Positions 56,820 through 64,000 of a stretch of 64,000 nucleotides of DNA are shown piece after piece. The stretch's first letter is position 1; each line of letters opens with the position of its first letter. Location: the NCBI GenBank assembly GCA_964513345.1, contig CAZELY010000003.1, positions 9,371-73,370 on the forward strand, given 5' to 3'. The notes under the pieces are model-generated. The model was not told the DNA's origin, ran no database searches, and saw only the letters and a program-made list of their open reading frames with translations. This DNA is from an uncultured Muribaculaceae bacterium (GTDB lineage: Bacteria; Bacillota_I; Bacilli_A; RF39; UBA660). The position numbers and the translations under genes were made by a program.

Positions 56820-58619
56820 ATGAATCAAAACAACATTCGCAATTTTTCTATCATTGCCCATATTGATCATGGTAAAAGTACGATTGCCGATAGGATATTA
56901 GAATTAACTGGGGCAATAACTGATCGTGAAAAACAAGATCAATTACTTGACAGTATGGATATTGAAAGAGAAAGAGGCATTACAATAAAATTAAATGCGG
57001 TTCAATTAAATTATCATTATAAAAATGAAGATTATATTTTACATCTGATCGATACTCCGGGTCATGTGGATTTTTCCTATGAAGTATCGCGCAGTTTAGC
57101 AGCTTGTGAAGGTGCTGTTTTAGTCGTTGATGCTGCTCAAGGAATAGAAGCTCAAACACTTGCTAATATTTATTTAGCTTTAGATAATAATTTAGAAATA
57201 ATTCCTGTTATTAACAAAATTGATTTACCAAATGCTGATGTTCCAAAAGTTAAAAAGGAACTTATGGATACTTTTGGTTTCAAGGAAGAAGAAATTATTT
57301 TAACTAGTGCGAAAACTGGTGAAGGAATTAAAGAATTAGTGGACGCCATTGTTGAAAGGATTCCTGCTCCAGAAGGAAATATTAATGGTAAGTTACAGGC
57401 ATTAGTTTTTGATAGCTATTTTGATTCATATAAAGGTGTGATTGCTTTAGTTAGAATTGTTAATGGTAAAGTAAGCACAAAAGATAAGATAAAAATGATG
57501 GCAACTTCAGCTGTGCATGATGTCGTGGAACTTGGTGTCCATAATCCAAAAGAAGTAGTTAAAGATGAACTAGTTACTGGCGAAGTTGGGTATATATGCG
57601 GCAGTATAAAAAGTATTAGTGATGTTAAAGTAGGAGATACTATTACTTTAGCCAATGATCCTGCTTCAAAAACACTACCGGGTTATAAACCAATGAAACC
57701 TATGGTTTTTTGTGGATTGTACCCAATTGAATCAAATAAATACCCAATGTTAAGAGAAGCTTTAGAAAAATTAAAATTAAATGATGCAGCCCTAGAGTTT
57801 GAACCAGAAACATCTAAAGCCTTAGGGTTTGGTTTTAGATGTGGTTTTTTAGGCTTATTACACATGGAAATAACTACTGAAAGAATTAAAAGAGAATTTA
57901 ATATTGACATTATTGCGACAGCGCCATCAGTAATTTATAAAATAACGAAAACTGATAATGAAACTATTTATATTGATTCTCCAGCTAAAATGCCGGAAAA
58001 ACAAAAAATTAGAATAATTGAAGAACCATATATTAAAACCGATATTTTAGTACCAAGTGATTATATTGGCCCAGTAATGGAACTATGTCAAAACAAAAGA
58101 GGTAATTACATAAGTATGGATTATTTAAATCAAACAAGAGTAAATATTCATTATGAAATACCACTTTCAGAAATAGTCTATGACTTTTTTGACAAATTAA
58201 AAGGAAGCACTAAAGGTTATGCTTCATTCGATTATGATTTAATCGGTTATAAAGAAAGCAATTTAGTAAAAATGGATATTTTATTAAACGGATCAATTGT
58301 TGATGCCCTAAGTTTAATTGTCCATAAAGATTTTGCTTATAAAAGGGGAAGAAATATTGTCGAAGCTTTAAGAAAGCAAATTCCAAGACAAATGTTTGAA
58401 GTGCCTATTCAAGCTGTAATTGGTACTAAAGCTATCGCCCGAGCAGATATTAAAGCCATGCGCAAAAATGTTTTAGCTAAATGTTATGGTGGCGATGTTT
58501 CAAGAAAACGAAAACTATTAGAAAAACAAAAAGAAGGTAAAAAGAAAATGAAAATGGTAGGTAATGTCGAAGTGCCGCAAGAGGCCTTCTTAGCTGTTTT
58601 AAGTATGGATGAAGAATAA
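56820..58619 (+). CDS. lepA: Elongation factor 4 (LepA)
   Basis: [23 protein letters not shown], and the LepA C-terminal domain. Confidence 0.95.
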   Translation: MNQNNIRNFSIIAHIDHGKSTIADRILELTGAITDREKQDQLLDSMDIERERGITIKLNAVQLNYHYKNEDYILHLIDTPGHVDFSYEVSRSLAACEGAVLVVDAAQGIEAQTLANIYLALDNNLEIIPVINKIDLPNADVPKVKKELMDTFGFKEEEIILTSAKTGEGIKELVDAIVERIPAPEGNINGKLQALVFDSYFDSYKGVIALVRIVNGKVSTKDKIKMMATSAVHDVVELGVHNPKEVVKDELVTGEVGYICGSIKSISDVKVGDTITLANDPASKTLPGYKPMKPMVFCGLYPIESNKYPMLREALEKLKLNDAALEFEPETSKALGFGFRCGFLGLLHMEITTERIKREFNIDIIATAPSVIYKITKTDNETIYIDSPAKMPEKQKIRIIEEPYIKTDILVPSDYIGPVMELCQNKRGNYISMDYLNQTRVNIHYEIPLSEIVYDFFDKLKGSTKGYASFDYDLIGYKESNLVKMDILLNGSIVDALSLIVHKDFAYKRGRNIVEALRKQIPRQMFEVPIQAVIGTKAIARADIKAMRKNVLAKCYGGDVSRKRKLLEKQKEGKKKMKMVGNVEVPQEAFLAVLSMDEE

Positions 58620-58630
58620 GGAGGAATTAA

Positions 58631-59701
58631 ATGATATCAGTTTATATTCATATTCCTTTTTGCAAGGGCATTTGTAATTATTGTGATTTTTGTAAAATGT
58701 ATAAACATGATCTTTGGATAGACAAATACTTAATGGCTTTAGAAAGAGAGATCAGAAAATATTATGCTTTTGATAAAGTTAAGACTTTGTACTTTGGTGG
58801 TGGAACGCCAAGTTCTTTAAATATTGAACAATTAGAAAAACTATTTGAAATAACAAAAGTTTTTGATTTAGATGAAAATGCCGAAATTACTTTTGAATGT
58901 AATGTCGAAGATTTAACCATTGAAAAACTTAAGTTTTTAAAAAATAAAGTTAATAGATTAAGCATTGGCGTGCAAACATTTGATAGTTCTACATTAGAAG
59001 AGCTTGGAAGAAAAAATATCGATATGAATAAAATAATTAGAGCTAAAAAATATTTTAAAAACATCAACATCGATCTGATGTACGGATTTCAAAAAGGCAC
59101 GCTTAAAAATTTAAAAAACGATTTAAAACTTTTTTTAGAACTAGATGTACCACATTTATCAGCATATAATCTTATTTTAGAAGAGCATACAATGCTATAT
59201 CTTAACGATTATAAAATTAAAGAAGACATAAGATTTGATAAGCTAATTGATGATATGCTCACTAAACATGGATATAAACATTATGAAATAAGTAACTATG
59301 CTAAAGAAGGTTATGAATCAAAACATAATTTAACATATTGGAATAATGAAAAATATTATGGCTTTGGATTAGGCGCATGCGGATATTTATATGATGCCAG
59401 ATATGAAAACACTAGAAGTTTAAATAAATATTTAATGGGTGAATTTCGAAAAAAAAGGGACACTCTAGATGAAAATGAAAAAATTCAAAATGAATTTATT
59501 TTAGGTCTTCGAAAAATTGATGGTATAAATAAAGAAGAGTTTAGAAAAAAATATAAGAGGGATATTAAAGATATTAAACATGTAAAAACATTACTAAGGA
59601 AAAAACAATTACTGGAAAATGAAAGTAATATTTATATTAATCCTGAATATATTTATGTTTCCAATGATATTCTAGTAAATTTTATAGATGACCTTTTATA
59701 A
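58631..59701 (+). CDS. hemW: Radical SAM HemN-like protein (heme chaperone HemW)
   Basis: CxxxCxxC (CKGICNYCDFC) and GGGTPS. Lies downstream of lepA as in Bacillus. Confidence 0.85.
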   Translation: MISVYIHIPFCKGICNYCDFCKMYKHDLWIDKYLMALEREIRKYYAFDKVKTLYFGGGTPSSLNIEQLEKLFEITKVFDLDENAEITFECNVEDLTIEKLKFLKNKVNRLSIGVQTFDSSTLEELGRKNIDMNKIIRAKKYFKNINIDLMYGFQKGTLKNLKNDLKLFLELDVPHLSAYNLILEEHTMLYLNDYKIKEDIRFDKLIDDMLTKHGYKHYEISNYAKEGYESKHNLTYWNNEKYYGFGLGACGYLYDARYENTRSLNKYLMGEFRKKRDTLDENEKIQNEFILGLRKIDGINKEEFRKKYKRDIKDIKHVKTLLRKKQLLENESNIYINPEYIYVSNDILVNFIDDLL

Positions 59702-59758
59702 AAAATATGGTATTATTAAAAGCAGTAAAAGGGGCCTTTATAGAAAGAAGGTTTTATA

Positions 59759-60715
59759 GTGACAAAATGGGATGAATTATACCTAGAATTATGTAAAAGA
59801 ATATTAGATGAGGGAATTGAAGTAGAAAATCGAACAGGAATTAATACAATAAAAGTACCTTCACATCATTTTCGTTTTGATGTTGGTGAGGAATTTCCAA
59901 TTTTAACTACTAAACAATTATATATAAGACAAGCTGTTTTAGAAATGCTTTGGATATATCAAGCCCAAAGCAATGATGTAAGATGGCTCCAAGAAAGAGG
60001 CGTTCATATATGGGATCAATGGGAAGCTGATGAAAAAGGTGACTACGTTGATAACGATGGAACAATAAGGCATTTTGGGAGCGACTTTGCCTATACTATT
60101 GGAACGGCATATGGTTATATAGTTAATAAATTTAAACTAACCGATAATTTAATAGAAAGTATCAAAAATAATCCTAATGATCGTCGTAAAATAATGAGTT
60201 TATGGCAAAATGATTATTTACCAACTGCCGTTTTACCATCATGTGTATTTCTAAGCATGTGGGATGTTACTGATAATAAATTAAATGCCACTGTCATTCA
60301 AAGAAGTTGTGATGTTCCACTAGGACTTCCATTTAATGTTACTCAGTATTCAGTTTTATTAAGTATGCTGGCAAAAGAAACTAATTTAAAACCAGGTACT
60401 ATTGACTGGATGATCAAAGATGCGCATATATATGTAAATCAAATTGATGGTATTAGAGAACAACTACAAAGACAAGCCACATTTAATAACCTTGAAAAAT
60501 TATCAAAAGATGAATTGCTTGCTTTAAAAGAAAAAGTAAAAGACGAATCAGAAGTTAGAATGGTTGATATGCTTTTAGAGCCAGAAAAACCAGAATTATG
60601 GTTAAATCCTGAAGTTCAAAGCTTCTATGATTATGACAATTCGAAAGAATGTAAAGACATTAAAGTGAAAAAATATAAACACATGGGAAAAATTGATTTT
60701 CCACTTGCGAGGTAA
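59759..60715 (+). CDS. thyA: Thymidylate synthase (long ThyA form)
   Basis: GTG start. RTGINT, LPSCVFLSMW (catalytic Cys), QRSCDVPLGLPFN and DAHIY. Confidence 0.9.
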   Translation: MTKWDELYLELCKRILDEGIEVENRTGINTIKVPSHHFRFDVGEEFPILTTKQLYIRQAVLEMLWIYQAQSNDVRWLQERGVHIWDQWEADEKGDYVDNDGTIRHFGSDFAYTIGTAYGYIVNKFKLTDNLIESIKNNPNDRRKIMSLWQNDYLPTAVLPSCVFLSMWDVTDNKLNATVIQRSCDVPLGLPFNVTQYSVLLSMLAKETNLKPGTIDWMIKDAHIYVNQIDGIREQLQRQATFNNLEKLSKDELLALKEKVKDESEVRMVDMLLEPEKPELWLNPEVQSFYDYDNSKECKDIKVKKYKHMGKIDFPLAR

Positions 60716-60719
60716 TATT

Positions 60720-61205
60720 ATGAATTTATCAATAATTGCGGCTATAGGCAAAAATAATGAACTCGGTAAAGATAATGATTTAATTTGGCATTTAAAAGAT
60801 GATATGAAATTTTTTAAAGAAACCACATGGGGTCATACAGTAGTTATGGGAAGAAAAACCTTTGATTCACTTCCAGGATTACTTAAAGGAAGAAACCATA
60901 TTGTAATTTCAAGAAAAACTTTAGAACTTCCGAAAGAAGTGAAGCTTTATAAAAGTCCACAAGAATTTTTAGAAGATTATGAAAATAGTGATGAAGAAAT
61001 ATTTAATATTGGTGGAGCTTCAATGTATAAAGAACTATTGGATTATGCTAATAAATTATATTTAACAGAAATTGATGCAGAAGCAAAAGCTGATGTTTAT
61101 TTTCCTTATTTTGATAAAAATGATTATGATAGAGAAATATTAGGAGTTCATGAGAATCAAGAAATTAATTTTAAACATGTACTTTATAAAAGGAGACAAA
61201 TATGA
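60720..61205 (+). CDS. folA: Dihydrofolate reductase
   Basis: IAAIGKNNELGKDNDLIWH, VVMGRKTFDSL and IGGASMY. The start at 60720 is preferred to the ORF-track 60693. Confidence 0.9.
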   Translation: MNLSIIAAIGKNNELGKDNDLIWHLKDDMKFFKETTWGHTVVMGRKTFDSLPGLLKGRNHIVISRKTLELPKEVKLYKSPQEFLEDYENSDEEIFNIGGASMYKELLDYANKLYLTEIDAEAKADVYFPYFDKNDYDREILGVHENQEINFKHVLYKRRQI

Positions 61206-61879
61206 GGGGTAAATTAATAGTAATCGAAGGAACTGATTGTTCTGGTAAAGAAACACAAACAAATTTATTGATTGAAAAATTAAGAGACAAAGACATTAAA
61301 GTTGATAATTTTAGCTTTCCAAATTATAATTCACCAACAGGCAAAATAGTGGGTGGGCCTTATTTAGGGAAAGACTATATATCAGATACTTATTTTGAAG
61401 AAGGACCAACACAAGTTGACCCTAAAGTAGCATCTTTATATTATGCAGCGGATAGAAAATATAATATTAGTAAAATTATTTTCCTTTTAGAAAATGGCTA
61501 CAATGTTATATTAGATCGATATATATATTCAAACATGGCTCATCAAGGTGGCAAAATATTTGATGATAAAGAGCGAAATAGCATATATAATTGGCTAGAA
61601 AAATTAGAATTTGATCTATTGGAATTACCAAAACCTGATATCGCCATTTTTCTTCATATGCCAACTAATTATTCACAAGTTTTAAAAGCCGAAAGAAATG
61701 AAAAACCAGATGGACATGAACAAGATATTAATCATTTAAAACACGCCGAAAAAGCTTATGTTGAACTAGCTAAAAGATATAAAATGCATACTATCGAATG
61801 TGTTAAAAATGATATTATTAGAAATATTGATGATATAAGTGATGAAGTATATGATTATGTTATGGATAAATTAAAGTAG
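61202..61879 (+). CDS. tmk: Thymidylate kinase family protein
   Basis: IVIEGTDCSGKETQ P-loop and DRYIYSNMAHQG (DRY motif). Overlaps the folA stop. Confidence 0.7.
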   Translation: MRGKLIVIEGTDCSGKETQTNLLIEKLRDKDIKVDNFSFPNYNSPTGKIVGGPYLGKDYISDTYFEEGPTQVDPKVASLYYAADRKYNISKIIFLLENGYNVILDRYIYSNMAHQGGKIFDDKERNSIYNWLEKLEFDLLELPKPDIAIFLHMPTNYSQVLKAERNEKPDGHEQDINHLKHAEKAYVELAKRYKMHTIECVKNDIIRNIDDISDEVYDYVMDKLK

Positions 61880-61898
61880 GTGTCAACCTACTTTTTTT
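61874..61898 (+). terminator. Terminator after tmk
   Basis: AAGTAGGT-gtca-ACCTACTT followed by T7. Confidence 0.8.
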
Positions 61899-61947
61899 GT
61901 TGTTGAAAATAAATAAAAAATCGATTATAATTAAAATGGGTGAGAGC

Positions 61948-62928
61948 ATGAGTAAAAAAGGGTTTACGTTAATCGAATTACTTGTTGTAATTGTTATACT
62001 TGCAATTATTGCTTTAGTAGCTGTCCCGGTGATAATTGGTGTCATTAATAGTTCCAAAGAAAAAGCATATCAGGAACAGGAAAGAGCTATTGTCACAGCA
62101 GCTAGAAATTATATTGCTAAAAATTCAAAAGAAATGCCAACAATGAAAGGTGCAAGTAAATGTATACCGGTTGAAACTTTAAAAAACGCTGGATTATTAA
62201 AAGATCAGACAATTCAAAATCCAGTTGGAGTTAATTATAAAGATTACACCGAAAAAGATGACAATTTTAACGGCGGTGTTTTAGTTGAAAATAATAACAA
62301 CAATTATACATATAATTATGTTGATGACTGCTCAACTATAACATTTACTGGAACGATATATAGAAATAATCAAGTTGGAGCAGGCATTGGAAGTTCGATA
62401 ATACCAGTAAGTGGGACTAAGTACGTTATAACTAACGGCGAGTATGTTGCCCCAGTTGGCCCATATAATAGTCAAAATGAATGCCAAACGGCATTAACAG
62501 AACATGGGGCCCCCGAAGAATTTTATTGTGAAAAACAAACTGGAACATTTGGGGGAATCGGTGAATACACAAAAGATGCTTCAGGTTTGAATAAAAAACA
62601 TTATTTAAAACACGAAGTAGTAGACAATATAATAACTGCATCATATGCATGTTTTGTAACGGACAAAGAATATTGTATGCAAGGGGGAAATGCATCTTAT
62701 TATGCTGCCAACCAAGCAATATTACAAAGCCAAGATGCGTGGTTTAATAACAGCGATGGTTACTGCTATATTGAATCTGAATTTTCAGGTTGTTACAGTT
62801 ATAATAAATATAATATTGGTGCAAATTCATATGGTGAGGTTTATACTAGATCATCTGACATTCTTGGATGTATAGTGGAGAAAGATGGCTTTTCCCACTG
62901 TAATAAAAGAGAAGAATCGGCTATGTAG
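61948..62928 (+). CDS. Type IV pilin-like protein carrying the six-Cys C-terminal module
   Basis: MSKKG|FTLIELLVVIVILAIIALVAVPVI, a pilin-type Cys pair (KC..DC) and a LKNAGLL motif. These are followed by an extra roughly 190-aa region ending in ACFVTDKEYCMQGGN..C-x8-C-x25-C-x9-C. Confidence 0.8.
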   Translation: MSKKGFTLIELLVVIVILAIIALVAVPVIIGVINSSKEKAYQEQERAIVTAARNYIAKNSKEMPTMKGASKCIPVETLKNAGLLKDQTIQNPVGVNYKDYTEKDDNFNGGVLVENNNNNYTYNYVDDCSTITFTGTIYRNNQVGAGIGSSIIPVSGTKYVITNGEYVAPVGPYNSQNECQTALTEHGAPEEFYCEKQTGTFGGIGEYTKDASGLNKKHYLKHEVVDNIITASYACFVTDKEYCMQGGNASYYAANQAILQSQDAWFNNSDGYCYIESEFSGCYSYNKYNIGANSYGEVYTRSSDILGCIVEKDGFSHCNKREESAM

Positions 62929-62992
62929 TATCATAGCTACATATGAGTAATTATTTTATAGCATTCGAGTTTTCTGGATAAATAAAAAAACA

Positions 62993-63262
62993 CTACTTTG
63001 TAGTGCTTTTTTTATTTTCAATTTTTTCTTCAATAAAGCTTCCTATATATGATCCAATTAATGAACCAAGCGCATAAAAGAAAATTTTAATGGGATCATT
63101 TTTAATATTCATAATGACATTACCAGTTACAATAATCCAAATCAAGGCCACAAAAAACTGTAAAATAGCGCCTAATATTTTTTTGCCATTGGCAATAACA
63201 ATAATCCTAAGTGTTTTCAAAGCTTCCTCAATAATCATAAAAATAAAGATAAATATATACAT
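62993..63262 (-). CDS. Small membrane protein (DUF5698-like)
   Basis: 89 aa with the LRIIVIANGKK..GAILQFFVALIWI pattern, as in the N-terminal module of DUF2179/YitT-type proteins. Confidence 0.45.
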   Translation of the reverse strand: MYIFIFIFMIIEEALKTLRIIVIANGKKILGAILQFFVALIWIIVTGNVIMNIKNDPIKIFFYALGSLIGSYIGSFIEEKIENKKSTTK

Positions 63263-63317
63263 ACTTATAGTGTTTACAATTCACAAAATTTTATAAGTTG
63301 CATAAATTTTTATTTTT

Positions 63318-63344
63318 TTAGCATTCTATTATTGACAGTGCTAA
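63318..63344. promoter_or_regulatory. CIRCE operator 1, overlapping the -35 of the hrcA promoter
   Basis: TTAGCATTC-N9-CAGTGCTAA against the consensus TTAGCACTC-N9-GAGTGCTAA. Promoter TTGACA (63332-63337), 17 nt, TATAAT (63355-63360). Confidence 0.85.
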
Positions 63345-63363
63345 AATAAGGTGCTATAATGTA

Positions 63364-63390
63364 GTAGCAATCATCCGATAAGACTGCTAA
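63364..63390. promoter_or_regulatory. CIRCE-like operator 2 in the hrcA leader
   Basis: GTAGCAATC-N9-GACTGCTAA, a weaker match immediately downstream of the -10. Confidence 0.6.
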
Positions 63391-63404
63391 AAAAGAGGTG
63401 AAGT

Positions 63405-64000
63405 ATGATAACCGAAAGACAAGAAGGATTATTAAAATTAATTGTTGAAGAGTATATTAAAACGGCAAAACCTGTTGGTTCTAAAGCCTTATGTGATGCA
63501 ATGAAATGTTCTTCAGCTACCATTAGAAATGAAATGGCATCGTTAGAGGAAACTGGATTACTTGAAAAAACGCATACATCTTCTGGAAGGATTCCTAGTG
63601 ATAAAGGGTACAGATATTATGTTGATAATATTATGCAACCTAAAGAATTAACTGGGGAAGATATGTTGAAACTACAAACGATTTTTAAAAATAATTCATT
63701 AGTTTTAAGTGATGCAATTATTAAAAGTATGGAAATTGTTTCTGAACTTACAAATTATACGGCGATCGTGCTAGGAGAAGCATCTTATGATAATAAAGTT
63801 GCGAAAGTCGAAGTTGTTCCAACGGGCGAGAATAAATTAACAGCTTTAGTAATTACTGATAAAGGCCACGTTGAAAATAGAAATGTTGTTTTAGAAGAAA
63901 AAGTCTCACCAGAAGAAGTAAGACAAACGGTTGATATTATTAATAAATTAATCGTTGGCGTGCCACTTTCAGAAGTTAGTCAAGTTTTGGAATTTGATGT
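63405..64000 (+). CDS. hrcA: Heat-inducible transcription repressor HrcA (N-terminal part; runs off the right edge)
   Basis: MITERQEGLLKLIVEEYIKTAKPVGSKAL...SSATIRNEMASLEETGLLEKTHTSSGRIPSDKGYRYYVD. Confidence 0.9.
   Translation, partial: MITERQEGLLKLIVEEYIKTAKPVGSKALCDAMKCSSATIRNEMASLEETGLLEKTHTSSGRIPSDKGYRYYVDNIMQPKELTGEDMLKLQTIFKNNSLVLSDAIIKSMEIVSELTNYTAIVLGEASYDNKVAKVEVVPTGENKLTALVITDKGHVENRNVVLEEKVSPEEVRQTVDIINKLIVGVPLSEVSQVLEFD

Noticed and set aside
1-64000. CRISPR arrays, rRNA/tRNA genes, IS elements, prophage or integrase genes.
   Set aside because: Reading the window revealed no regularly spaced direct repeats, no cloverleaf-like GC-rich 75-nt islands, and no transposase- or integrase-like translations. 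Apart from short tandem repeats internal to single genes or hairpins (the Lys-rich tail repeats at about 41787-41840 and the tandem ATCTTGAA at 11678-11693), the only exact direct repeat found is the 28-mer at 10502 and 11766.

Overview
AT-rich (about 30% G+C by eye) chromosomal window from a spore-forming low-GC Bacillota, possibly Erysipelotrichia- or Clostridia-like. It uses the standard genetic code, most genes are on the + strand, and the usual ribosome-binding site is GGTGA(T). The backbone is housekeeping. It includes pgk, spo0A, dusB, nrnA, rnhB, obg, clpC, a reduced dcw block (PBP2B/SpoVD-mraY-ftsW), priA, fmt, ruvA-tdk-ruvB-queA and miaA. It also has the ruvX-DUF1292-mltG-trmR-U32-U32-greA block known from B. 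subtilis yrrK..greA, T-box controlled leuS and valS, spoVID/ysxE-like coat genes, lepA-hemW, thyA-folA-tmk, and CIRCE-controlled hrcA. I saw no rRNA, tRNA, CRISPR array, transposase or integrase. Five things stand out. (1) Eight mostly monocistronic secreted fibre-subunit genes sit at breaks in otherwise conserved gene order: six are type IV pilin/pseudopilin-like and two have TasA/SipW-type leaders, with no assembly machinery in the window. (2) A six-cysteine C-terminal module is shared by three of these genes even though their leaders are of different types. (3) One of the three lies in a 1.26 kb cassette bracketed by a perfect 28-nt direct repeat that duplicates the obg stop codon and terminator, and that gene ends in a 57% G+C tail. 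(4) A roughly 470-nt ORF-free, helix-rich, promoter-driven RNA lies directly upstream of a small four-TM protein (OLE/OapA-like arrangement). (5) A tight alr / D-aspartate-ligase-like ATP-grasp / asnB operon and two tandem VanY-type peptidases suggest unusual peptidoglycan chemistry. All protein calls rest on motifs I recognise in the supplied translations; no database search was possible.
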